DNA of 64,000 nucleotides from Candidatus Thorarchaeota archaeon (GCA_029855935.1 JAGSHN010000019.1:1-64000), one strand, 5' to 3'. Counted from the first letter of the stretch, positions 10,288 through 19,504 are shown. The notes: a model not told the origin generated them from the letters alone. A program made the numbers and translations.

Positions 10288-11379
10288 GTGGCCACAAAAG
10301 AGGAAAGGACTGTTGAGAATCTCAAGGAGATTCTATCTGGGCTTGAATCGGGAGCCTCCATTGACTCGCTTCTTCGAAAGTGTCTTGAGGTCGCGGCGTT
10401 ACTAGGTCTTCCTGAGGAAGAGCGTAGTTGGATTATATGCGAGATTGAAGGGTATTCTCCTGGCTCTATCACAGACAAGACATACGCAACAATCCCCTCA
10501 CACTACCGGATTCCCATCTATCGATACTACAAGGCTCTCGCACGAGGTCCTAGACCTGTGCAGCTGTACGAGCCAATGGATTCGGAACTGTACGAACAGA
10601 TTCGCAGAGCGAACCGGGCCATTGAACACATATTCCTCATCCACCATCCCGCCGCCTTCCTAGAGAGCACTGCCACCTCTCTTGAACTAGTCGATACCTT
10701 TGTGATAGATAGTCCACGTGGCTATGACAGGACTGTGGTCACGCTAGTGGCGGAGATGCCAGTTTCCGCTATGAGAATGATTGTGAAGTCCGTAAGGGGG
10801 AGAATTCACAGCTTCGCCATCTCTCACCTACTTCATCTTGAGTTCGGAGAGTTCTTGGTATCAATTCTCGACGAAACCAAACACTTCGTCGCATCCAAGC
10901 TGCAAACGATAGCGCCTGACCTGTTGAAAGAATTGAACGAGATGACAAGGCGATTGGAACATGGATCGGGACATGTCACCTATGCGAATATCGCTCGGGG
11001 TTGTGTAACTGTCATTCAAGTTCTGACGGACCGCTTGATCCTTGACGAAATGATTTCTGAGGGTCAGGAAAAGCCCGCCCACGACAAAACCCGGGATAAG
11101 GTGAGCATGATTCTGAAGTGGGCATGTTCAAGACTGGGCGGTCGGTTTGGTGAAGAACGCGAATTGTTGATTGAGCTTCAGGAGCACTTCTTCCTCTTCT
11201 CAAAGTCCTTGGAGCGACTTGTTCACAAGACGCGGCACAAGAGAAGCGAGTCCATAGAACGTAGGGATGCTGGCAGGCTTTTGGCCTACCTATATCTCTG
11301 GATGGCAGATTTATTGGAATTGCTGGATTTGGCAGGCTATCCTTGGAACATATTCGCTCATCTCCAATCTGAACAATAG
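10288..11379 (+). CDS. AbiTii-like domain protein
   Basis: N-terminal SLLRKCLEVAALLG...WIICEIEGY...IPSHYR pattern typical of AbiTii; helical C-terminus. Confidence 0.65.
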   Translation: MATKEERTVENLKEILSGLESGASIDSLLRKCLEVAALLGLPEEERSWIICEIEGYSPGSITDKTYATIPSHYRIPIYRYYKALARGPRPVQLYEPMDSELYEQIRRANRAIEHIFLIHHPAAFLESTATSLELVDTFVIDSPRGYDRTVVTLVAEMPVSAMRMIVKSVRGRIHSFAISHLLHLEFGEFLVSILDETKHFVASKLQTIAPDLLKELNEMTRRLEHGSGHVTYANIARGCVTVIQVLTDRLILDEMISEGQEKPAHDKTRDKVSMILKWACSRLGGRFGEERELLIELQEHFFLFSKSLERLVHKTRHKRSESIERRDAGRLLAYLYLWMADLLELLDLAGYPWNIFAHLQSEQ

Positions 11380-11464
11380 CGTTTTGCTATTCAGTGGATA
11401 TGCGTCAGTTACATCAGACCACACGCCTCTCTTCAGTTTGGCCGTGTCAATCACTCGTACTGAT

Positions 11465-12127
11465 TCAGTCGCTTTGGTCTTGCGGCTTGATGATAAGGGA
11501 CCGGAGTTTCCACCCAAAGACCGTAAGTAGTAATCCTCCGACAGCACCAACAGCCGCAGCGAACCCGGGATGGATCATATACAATGTCACGATGCAGGCA
11601 CCATAGACTAGCGCGATTGCTGTGAGAGCAACTATTCCTCTTAGATGTAGGTCACCTACCGATATTGGGACCTTCGTAGTCGGTTGATCTAGATTACTGC
11701 TACTGGAACTGAGCTGTTTGTCATCCTTTCTCCGAGCCTTTGTGACCTTCACAACAAGATTACGGGTAATCTCTCGTGCCCGAATGCAGCTAATCAGCAG
11801 ACAGTACCTACCATCCTCTTGGAATGTGTATGATCCGCGAAAGTAGGTCTGGTGTTTCTTGTGGAGCAATGCGTATCTTTCGTCAAAGCCATCCTCGTCG
11901 ACATTCTCCTCGGGTAGCAGAAGTACGTCAAAATCGTATTCATCAATCTCTCTGACAACTATTGTTATGGTGTCGCCGGCACGTCCAGCAATTGGGAAAT
12001 ACCAAAAGTCCCCTGGATCCACATCTACCTCTTCGTCGACTATGTTTCCGTATTGAAGCCCACGCGTACTCACCACCACAACGGCAGCACAACTGCATCT
12101 GAGCACAAAAACTCTTCCCTGGTGCAA
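11465..12127 (-). CDS. Beta-sandwich domain plus two C-terminal TM helices, hypothetical
   Basis: GDTITIVVRE...FDVLLL...YTFQEDGRYCLLI followed by two hydrophobic helices; true start may be GTG ~12073. Confidence 0.7.
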   Translation of the reverse strand: MHQGRVFVLRCSCAAVVVVSTRGLQYGNIVDEEVDVDPGDFWYFPIAGRAGDTITIVVREIDEYDFDVLLLPEENVDEDGFDERYALLHKKHQTYFRGSYTFQEDGRYCLLISCIRAREITRNLVVKVTKARRKDDKQLSSSSSNLDQPTTKVPISVGDLHLRGIVALTAIALVYGACIVTLYMIHPGFAAAVGAVGGLLLTVFGWKLRSLIIKPQDQSD

Positions 12128-12193
12128 CAGAACTCGACAATATTTCTACGGGCAACAATGGTGGGATGCCGAACTGGCCAAGAGATAGCGTCG

Positions 12194-12552
12194 CTATGTG
12201 TGGGATGCGCCGGCCTCTAGCTGGTCATACATGCTCAGTCCTTCCCCCAAATACGACTCGTATACATGTTGATAGACCATCTCGCATCTCATGTTATAGA
12301 GATCCGTAGAATAAGAGTCGGCAGATTGTCAAGGGCCTCCTCAATTGCTACTCTGACAGCGGCCCGCGTTCTTTGGCTCTTGCGCCAGTCAAGAACCAGC
12401 TTCTCCTCCTTGAGGATTCGGAGAAGGTTTCTTGCGATTCTCTTCACAATCTCCCGCTCTCCTCTCTTTAGTTTCGGCTCGGGCCTAGTCAATATATCGA
12501 ACAGCGCGAGCTCCTCTTCCGTCAGGCCCTCCCTTATGTGGCGTTGTTATTC
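12194..12552 (-). pseudogene. hsdR: Type I restriction subunit R C-terminal (DUF3387-like) remnant
   Basis: E*QRHIREGLTEEELALFDILTRP...KLVLDWRKSQRTRAAVRVAIEEALDNLP, then frameshift to DSYSTDLYNMRCEMVYQHVYESYLGEGLSMY; internal stop plus 1-nt frameshift. Confidence 0.8.
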
Positions 12553-12559
12553 ATAGGAT

Positions 12560-12649
12560 TGACGCTCTGGACAAGCAGACCGCTTCAAGCAACTGAGGCA
12601 AAGTTCCGAGGGGACTGACAGAGTTCCTTGACAGTATCGTGTAGCAATG
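12560..12649 (+). repeat. Direct repeat copy 2 (degenerate LRR-gene 3' end)
   Basis: TGACGCTCTGGACA...CTGAGGCAAAGTTCCGAGGGGACTGACAGAGTTCCTTGACAGTATCGTGTAGCAATG. Confidence 0.8.
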
Positions 12650-13033
12650 GCAGCACTCGAAACAGTTCGTGGAACACGCTTGTGGCTATGGGGTTTGTCG
12701 CCATGGATATGATTGTCCGAGATAGAATACTTGCAAAGGGTACCACAACCGGAAAATCAATCAGCTCAATAGGCCTTGGAGCGGAAACATTATGACCGCC
12801 CCTACCTTTGAAGTAGCTCTATTGCATGCCTCTGACAAGAACCAGTTCCTCCTATCAGACGGCTCATAGATAAGTGTGCAGTTATGCTTGTACGTCTGGT
12901 GTAGTATGTGATCGAACATACCTGCGGCAGACACAGTACGGAGTGGGCGCTCCGAGAAGAGTTATGAATGTCCGAGTCAGATTGATTGATTCGTTCTCCT
13001 AGCGGTCACAGTCTGATATGAGAGGTTCTCACA

Positions 13034-14254
13034 ATGACTCCCACAGGCCAACAGCCCATAGAGTCTAGTCTTGCAATGAGAGGAGCAGCGGATGCACTCC
13101 GAGCAGTCTTGTTGGAAAATTGCGTTGAGGTCTACTCTGTTGATGTATCTGACATCGAGTTCGATCCGTATGTACAGATGAAATGTCAGAATTGTATCAA
13201 CTATGGCAGCTCATATCGTTGTCCTCCTTACACTCCGAGATACCATCAAGCACGCCACATAGTGGAGCGATTCTCGAATCACTATCTTGTGCTCATGCGT
13301 GAAGACAGGTTTCAATGGATTGAAACTCAGCGAGCGAGGCACCCTGACTACTCCTACAAGCGGCTTGTCAATCTCGCATCACGGAATTGGGATGTCACGT
13401 CATACTGGAAGCACCACAGGCTGATGCTAAGTATCAGAAGATTCCTCCAACAGGCGTCAGATGGGGGATTTGTCGTGCTTGGTCCTGGAGGTGGCTGCAG
13501 ACTCTGCCGAGTGTGCGCGGTACATCAAGGTGAACCGTGTCGGAGACCCACCGAAGCAATGGCTTCACCCGAGTCGTGGGGGATAGATGTCTACGGAACA
13601 CTCATTGAGAATGGAATCGAGATTGAAATACCTCCGCGAAGAGTATTTACTCGCGTTGGATTTGTTGCGTCTAACGTAGTTGTGCCAGAGGCTCGAATTG
13701 CAGACGGTTCTCGTTCGGATTGCACAGCCATCGGCAAGTATTCTAGGGATGCAAAGAGTGTAGATAGACTACTTGAAGAACTCAACAAGATTCCATTTGC
13801 AGAAGTGGTTGAAGTTCAATCGCTGAATGGATGTGAGATAGATCTTACCCGATGTAGCCAATGTGATCGCAATACCACGTGGCTCTGCGATCGGAGCTTT
13901 CTTCCCTCAAGTGAATTGGAGGATTTCCTTCATAAACGCATTTGTGTGGTCGTCCAATTGTCGGGACGGCAATCATTTGGGAAGAGGATATCCTACCTCG
14001 TTGATATCTGTCATAGGTGCGGATTCTACGATGCCTTGGCCTTTTGCAGTACAGTCTGCGATATATGTGACCAGTGCAGTGAACATGGATGTATGTTGAC
14101 AAGGAAAAGGACTATGAAATGGGGTAACAAACTTGCCTATCGCTGCCTTGGATATTTGGGATGGGTCTCAGGTCTGGAACAGGCCCCTCGGCGACAATCT
14201 CCCCTTGTCTTCTTGGTCATGAGTTCCTATGTAACACAGCCACAATCCCGATGA
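13034..14254 (+). CDS. Tandem DUF2284-like Cys-rich metal-binding protein
   Basis: CQNCINYGSSYRCPP, GGCRLCRVC...PCRRP...SPESWGIDV; second degenerate repeat CSQC...C...CDICDQC...C. Confidence 0.8.
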   Translation: MTPTGQQPIESSLAMRGAADALRAVLLENCVEVYSVDVSDIEFDPYVQMKCQNCINYGSSYRCPPYTPRYHQARHIVERFSNHYLVLMREDRFQWIETQRARHPDYSYKRLVNLASRNWDVTSYWKHHRLMLSIRRFLQQASDGGFVVLGPGGGCRLCRVCAVHQGEPCRRPTEAMASPESWGIDVYGTLIENGIEIEIPPRRVFTRVGFVASNVVVPEARIADGSRSDCTAIGKYSRDAKSVDRLLEELNKIPFAEVVEVQSLNGCEIDLTRCSQCDRNTTWLCDRSFLPSSELEDFLHKRICVVVQLSGRQSFGKRISYLVDICHRCGFYDALAFCSTVCDICDQCSEHGCMLTRKRTMKWGNKLAYRCLGYLGWVSGLEQAPRRQSPLVFLVMSSYVTQPQSR

Positions 14255-14287
14255 AACGCGGGTTTCCGTAAGGCGGTAGCACAACCT

Positions 14288-15826
14288 CTAGAACTGGCGA
14301 TCTAGCCAGTAGAACCAATCAAAGTCGCTACTTTTCTCTTCATCCTCACAGATTCCCTGTTCCCCAAAGTCATCTGCGAACTCTCTTCTGATGAATTCGT
14401 ACCAGCTATCATGGTTGGGAAACTGTATTGTTATGTCTCTTGGGCTTGGTGATGTGTGTTTCATCTGATATGTCCACTCGGGGTCCTGTGTTGAATCAGT
14501 AATCGTGAATATGAAGTTGAGTTTTCGATCACTAGTGGACACTGCACTCCTCAGGATTTTTGAGAACTTCGCGAATTTTCTTTTCACATATCTGTAGACC
14601 TCGCTGTGATTTGTTTCGTCATCGCCTTCCTTGAACTTGAGCTCAAATTCCACTCTCTCGGGGCTCAGGCACTTGATTTCGAGTTCTGCTTTCAAGACAT
14701 TGTCTTGGAGAGTCATATAGGGTCTCGCTCGATCCCACTCCTGCATCTCGTCGAAAAGCGTCAATAGAAACGGAAAAGTCATGATTGAAAGATGGTATAT
14801 GCTGTCACAGTTGTGTGACGCAATCGCGCGGAGTATGGTTCTCCTGATAAGGAATTGTCGCGCGTCCTCACGGGTAAAAAGTCTAGTGTCATCGAGAAGG
14901 AAGTCAGCCTCTAGGAAATAGACTAGATTCTTGATCAGAATGATGCAGCTCAGCACCCCGTGGTCATAATCATCCAATGCGCTCAGGAATTTCTGGTAGA
15001 ACTTGTATTGTGTGTGTACTCTGAATATCCTAGAGTCATTCCTATGACTGGGTAGCTGTTCATCGCCAGCTGAGTTGTTGTCGGTATCAGGGGGTCCTTC
15101 GCGGCTGTCATAGTCTATTGTAGAGCTAATCAGTTTCAACGTATTATAGCACATATGCTGAAACATTGGTGAGAGTCCGTACTCAAGCTCGCGAACTGAT
15201 ATTCTCCCAAGGCGGTCAAACAACTTGCGGGCTTCTTGATTCACCTGAAAGACATTCTCCATAGCCAGTCCCAAGTCGTGGCAGAGTGCAATGATACACC
15301 ACATAGCCTCCTTCTCTTCAGCCTCTATCTTGAGCTCGTCATTCACAGGTCCATCAGACAGGCGCAGTTCTCCACAGTCGACACCGTCTATTCCAACTTC
15401 TTTGAGTGCAACAATTCCCAACATAAACACGCGCATTACGTGTGCTATATGATCTCGTACCCGTGTGGTGATAGGAGAAAACGATCTCTCGAAACCACCA
15501 AGAGTATCAAAGAGATTGCTCAGCCTGTTCACTCCTATAGCGAACGAGTCGTGCCAACTCTTTTCTCTAGCATCCTTGTACTTGAGGAACACTATTGCAT
15601 CGCTAAGCAGGTGTTTCCATAGCCGTTTCAGACTGGCGGTCTGCTTTGTCAAGTCCTTGTCATGCAGGCCATCCACAAGTTCGTGGGTTATGTTCTTCTT
15701 CTTCTTCTCTCCCCATATTTCCGCCGAATATCTGAATCCGATGAATGCTATGTCACCAACAATGGCCTTGAATCTCTCTATCAAGTCCTCATCTGATGTG
15801 ATTGTTATGGAGAACTCGCGTGCCAA
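14288..15826 (-). CDS. Large HD-domain (metal-dependent phosphohydrolase-like) protein
   Basis: RDHIAHVMRVF, ALCHDLG, DHGVLS, IASHN, FDEMQEWDR; TTG start with GGAGGG upstream; 19 nt after the rSAM stop. Confidence 0.8.
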   Translation of the reverse strand: MAREFSITITSDEDLIERFKAIVGDIAFIGFRYSAEIWGEKKKKNITHELVDGLHDKDLTKQTASLKRLWKHLLSDAIVFLKYKDAREKSWHDSFAIGVNRLSNLFDTLGGFERSFSPITTRVRDHIAHVMRVFMLGIVALKEVGIDGVDCGELRLSDGPVNDELKIEAEEKEAMWCIIALCHDLGLAMENVFQVNQEARKLFDRLGRISVRELEYGLSPMFQHMCYNTLKLISSTIDYDSREGPPDTDNNSAGDEQLPSHRNDSRIFRVHTQYKFYQKFLSALDDYDHGVLSCIILIKNLVYFLEADFLLDDTRLFTREDARQFLIRRTILRAIASHNCDSIYHLSIMTFPFLLTLFDEMQEWDRARPYMTLQDNVLKAELEIKCLSPERVEFELKFKEGDDETNHSEVYRYVKRKFAKFSKILRSAVSTSDRKLNFIFTITDSTQDPEWTYQMKHTSPSPRDITIQFPNHDSWYEFIRREFADDFGEQGICEDEEKSSDFDWFYWLDRQF

Positions 15827-15845
15827 TTGAAACCCTCCGTCGTAT

Positions 15846-16838
15846 CTACTGTGGCAATTGAACTGTCTTTCGATTATTGCCGGTTTTGCCTGCTATTCCA
15901 CCTAAAACTCTCTGAGCAAAGCAACCCGTTTCATCGTTAGGGAGCATACTTGCAAGGCATTTTGGAAAAAACATCCTCATCCAGTCGGTTCTGAGTAGTT
16001 TCTGCAATGAAACATGTCTTACATTGACGGGGCTCATCTGTGCAGCATATTCTTTCAGGGCTTCGCAAGGCGCCACGAACCCATTCGGCTGAATGGTAAT
16101 GCGGGAACCCAAGCTGCATCTCTGTTGCGTCAGAGATGGAACCAAGCTGAACGGAGCACCCAGCCTGATAAACGCTCTATCTTCCGGCGGGAGTCTGCGA
16201 ACGATTTTGATAAACTCCCCGAATTCTCCCGGTGTCATCTCAAGTAGATCCCTATTGCGTTTTCCTCTGCCCTGAGGAACAAACATCAGTATACCAAGTC
16301 TGGAGAGGCCAATGTCTTTTGCCACACGAATTGTTTCACCAAGAGTATAGTAGTTCTTCTTGAGGGGCACGAAATGGCCAGTACACAGAATCCCTGCGGC
16401 ACGCGCACGACGCACGGACTCGACCAAATTGTGAAAGCTTCCTCGCGTTCCGGTGATGGAATCATGGATACTCGCACTAGGACCGTGAAGGCCAAACGCA
16501 AAGCGGCTGACAAACTCTCTCCATCGCCTGAAATCATCAATCGCGATCGGGACCATTTTGGTTCTTCGAGAGTTGTATATATTGCCGGACGTATACACGA
16601 CAACTTGCAGTCCTCTCGAATGGGCATATCTGGCTATAGTCTCGAAATCACTTCTTAGTATAGGCTCTCCCCCCGATATGCATACTCTGTCAGCACCGAC
16701 TGCCTCGCAATCGGCTATTATTGTCAGCCACTCTTCTGTGGTGAGTTCATAAGGGTCGCAATCTCCCCCATTTGACGAACACATCAAGCAACTGAGGGGG
16801 CACTCACGAGTTATCTCCAACGTGACCTCCAGTCCCAT
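15846..16838 (-). CDS. Radical SAM protein with SPASM/Twitch domain (PqqE-like peptide-maturase type)
   Basis: CPLSCLMC, ISGGEP, HDSITGTRGSF, C-terminal CSLG...QPNGFVAPC...C...GCFAQ; ATG 16838 preceded by GGAGG. Confidence 0.92.
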   Translation of the reverse strand: MGLEVTLEITRECPLSCLMCSSNGGDCDPYELTTEEWLTIIADCEAVGADRVCISGGEPILRSDFETIARYAHSRGLQVVVYTSGNIYNSRRTKMVPIAIDDFRRWREFVSRFAFGLHGPSASIHDSITGTRGSFHNLVESVRRARAAGILCTGHFVPLKKNYYTLGETIRVAKDIGLSRLGILMFVPQGRGKRNRDLLEMTPGEFGEFIKIVRRLPPEDRAFIRLGAPFSLVPSLTQQRCSLGSRITIQPNGFVAPCEALKEYAAQMSPVNVRHVSLQKLLRTDWMRMFFPKCLASMLPNDETGCFAQRVLGGIAGKTGNNRKTVQLPQ

Positions 16839-16911
16839 CGCCTCCGTTTGCCGGTTCTCCCGACATCGCTCTATCGGCCGCAATACTCCCGTTGTCTGAA
16901 GCTGCCTCTCT

Positions 16912-17013
16912 TCATTCAGCTGGTGATTCTCTCACCCAACCCTCTGCTGTGCCACTCCACAGTTGGCCTGTTGGGTTGCTGATAATACGTGAGTTTGAAG
17001 CGTTGCCGGGCAC
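16912..17013 (-). CDS. Putative RiPP-like precursor peptide MPGNASNSRIISNPTGQLWSGTAEGWVRESPAE (33 aa)
   Basis: Translated by hand (below the ORF-track cutoff); co-oriented, 73 nt upstream of the rSAM ATG; two Trp in the C-terminal part. Confidence 0.55.
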   Translation of the reverse strand: MPGNASNSRIISNPTGQLWSGTAEGWVRESPAE

Positions 17014-18169
17014 TCCGTTTTCATTCTTGCTCCTTGTATTGTATGTAAGACTTCTCTGCTATATGATTTTTCATTGAATAGCACATGTCCTCTCATATCA
17101 CCCAGTGCTGTGCGGTTGAATTTAAGGTCAGAGTCTTGCCTTGTGATTTGGGTCATTCCATTTTGCCTCTGTACACCCACTTTTTACAAGTGGGGTGAAT
17201 CACAAACGAGCTTCGATCCTCGAAGTTCCTCTGACGTATCCCAACTGGCTCTCAGGTTCCACCATTGTGACCACAATGCCATTCATGCACAGAGACCTGC
17301 GTCAACTCTCTTGTAAGGCGAGAACAGGACTCAAAGACCTCAAGCGCAGAGCTGAGGGAGTCACCATTTGATTGCAACACCACGATGATCTCTCCTGCCT
17401 CTGACCCGGTAAGTGCAGGTCCCTGTTATTGACATAGCAGACTTGGCTGGGACTATCTCAGCTGCATACCCTCTCGAATGGGAGCATCAGCACCTGCGTT
17501 TGCGCTGATAGCAGGGATCTGCTATCGCCTTTTGCTTTACGTCTTTGTCCCTAGAGACAGTGACCGCTTTCCAGTTGATAAGTTCGGTACGGGAATCGGG
17601 ACCCTGGATTGACTGGCGCTTGTTGACGCGGAGTGTCATTTTAGGTCCTGCTATGGTTGGCGTGTCGGTGGTATTGACAGGCGTAGCACAGCACAGTCCG
17701 AAGGCAGAGTTTATTACGTACGGCTGAGCATCACTACGTGAGCATTCTTCTTCACAAGGAATGATGCTCCAGTGTACAATTTATACAGACTAACAGTCAT
17801 ATTCTCATTTTTTTCTTGAGTCTATTCGTGCCCCTATCTCCGTGCACTGACATATCGCGGCAGAAGGATGATGAGAAACGCAACAAAGAGTCCGGCCGGG
17901 ACCGCGATGGTGGCATGAGAGGCCCAGAAAGAGCTCCACCACTCCCAACCCCCACTAATAACGTATGTTCCAAGGCACCCACACTGAGCCTGTCTATCAA
18001 TCATTCAACGCGGGTTCTCTCACGTATCGTGCGTGTGCGAACCATAGCAGGCCTGACTGTGACTCCTCGAAATGATCCCGTCGACCGACGTGTCCACAGA
18101 CGCACCCCGACTCGGTCGACAGTATGATTATAGGCGCCAGTCACACACCGACGATGGAGCCGATTTGCT

Positions 18170-18541
18170 ATGGATCCTGAAGAGCGACTTGAGACTGTCC
18201 GGAGCGCACTGCGGGGACTCGTTCAGCCCGATACGCCGGACGGTTCATTTGTGATCTTCGAGCATCCCGACTCGGGCAAGTTCGTGCAGTTCGTTTCGGT
18301 TGGAGGCGCCCTCATCTGTGACATACCTGTGCAGGAGCTCTCCGATGCTGAGGCGGCACGCCTGCGCGTGGTCCCGGGCATGTCGTTGATCGAGGCCGAA
18401 GACGGCGAGCCCGTGTCCTACCAGGCGATGTTCTCTCCCTCTGAGATTGAGGCGGCGGCAGAGCTTGTCGAGTCGGTGTTTGTGAACGTGTTTCAGATAG
18501 TCGGGGGCCTCGCATTGCGGGTGACGGGCCCCTCACAGTGA
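18170..18541 (+). CDS. TY-Chap/YbjN-like chaperone-fold protein
   Basis: SFVIFEH...KFVQF and C-terminal AAELVESVFVNVF pattern. Confidence 0.5.
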   Translation: MDPEERLETVRSALRGLVQPDTPDGSFVIFEHPDSGKFVQFVSVGGALICDIPVQELSDAEAARLRVVPGMSLIEAEDGEPVSYQAMFSPSEIEAAAELVESVFVNVFQIVGGLALRVTGPSQ

Positions 18542-18583
18542 CCCTACTGGTACAGCCCGCTCCACGGTTGCCAGATAATCAGG

Positions 18584-19204
18584 TCACTCAATCTCGGCTG
18601 GCTGCTCCTCGGAACTCTCCTGCTGCTGTCGTGACTGCTTCCATGCCTCCTCCTCGCCGACTATCTCCTGCAGCTCTGGGCTCAGGCGGCCCGTATAGAA
18701 CACCTCAAGCAGGACGGCAATGATGGCCGCGAGAAGGAGGTACACGATGGGTAGCGCTGCAATGAACAACAGGCTGTGTTTCGCCCGTGTATACTGAAAC
18801 AGCATCCAGATGATGGGGCCCATGACACTCCAGAGGAGCTGGCATGGAAAGATCGCGAGGAGTCCGCCTACCTCCATGAAGACCCGTCTCATCCGGACAA
18901 CCTTTGAGTACTGTCTGATTGTGTACTCTGAGTATGGATGCCGTGTGATGAGCTCCGGGATGAACTCCTCTCTCAGGACCGACCATGAGTCGCCACCGAG
19001 ATGGAATATGCCCAGTGTCCCGACCATAAGCGGGACCGACAGCCCGTAGGTGAGGAACCACTCCGTGGCGTCCCACGTCTGGATGAGAACGAAACACGAG
19101 ATGACGACGGCAATTATGATGTGACCGAAGATGAGCAGCTTTCTCCCACGTTCCAGCGGGCGGTGTGCTGATTCTTCTCCTCTCTGCGTTTCCACATCTT
19201 CCAC
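18584..19204 (-). CDS. 4-TM hypothetical membrane protein
   Basis: Four hydrophobic segments, acidic tail, GGAGAGG upstream. Confidence 0.7.
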   Translation of the reverse strand: MEDVETQRGEESAHRPLERGRKLLIFGHIIIAVVISCFVLIQTWDATEWFLTYGLSVPLMVGTLGIFHLGGDSWSVLREEFIPELITRHPYSEYTIRQYSKVVRMRRVFMEVGGLLAIFPCQLLWSVMGPIIWMLFQYTRAKHSLLFIAALPIVYLLLAAIIAVLLEVFYTGRLSPELQEIVGEEEAWKQSRQQQESSEEQPAEIE

Positions 19205-19394
19205 TGCGGACCTCTCCTGCAGCGTGTTGCATCGTTCTATGCATCGTGCTCTAATAAGATTCTAGGCGGCAAGTCCCGTTCCCTAGACTCCGGCAACAGT
19301 TCTTTGCCGAGACGCAAAGCGCTTAAATCCCAGTTTGTCCAAACATATGGATGCGTGAGCGTGCGAATATGCGGCTCACGTATCGGTTATACTC

Positions 19395-19468
19395 CCCCCC
19401 GACGCCTGGCAGGGGCTGCCACTGTGACCATTGAAACAGTGCTGGCTCACGCCGGGAGCGTTGGGGGG
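19395..19468 (+). ncRNA. Long stem-loop in the leader of the NYN gene (putative cis-element or RNA antitoxin)
   Basis: Four stacked helices: 19395-405/19458-68, 19406-10/19451-55, 19413-18/19443-48, 19420-25/19436-41; 10-nt loop; TATA-like TTAAAT at ~19323. Confidence 0.55.
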
Positions 19469-19504
19469 TGTTATATCTTTATCATAGCAGTAAGGGGACG
19501 GCAA

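Larger units (their letters stand above)
2450..18130. mobile_element. Accessory/defence-like genomic island (no integrase seen; boundaries approximate)
   Basis: Visibly more AT-rich than the flanks, low coding density, pseudogenes (hsdR, TFB-like), defence-type domains (HEPN-like, AbiTii-like, Nmad3-like). Confidence 0.55.

Noticed and set aside
15846-16838. Radical SAM as a prokaryotic viperin
   Set aside because: It has a SPASM/Twitch auxiliary-cluster tail and PqqE-like motifs that viperins lack
16912-17074. Third frame MKNHIAEKSYIQYKEQE-TGA-KRSARQ... as a selenocysteine readthrough peptide
   Set aside because: No redox-motif context around the TGA and no recognisable SECIS; the other two frames are better supported
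17200-18130. Short ORFs and a GATAGCAG/CTGCTATC hairpin at the right island edge as an integrase or att site
   Set aside because: No recombinase motifs, tRNA fragment or matching repeat at the left edge seen; probably decayed sequence
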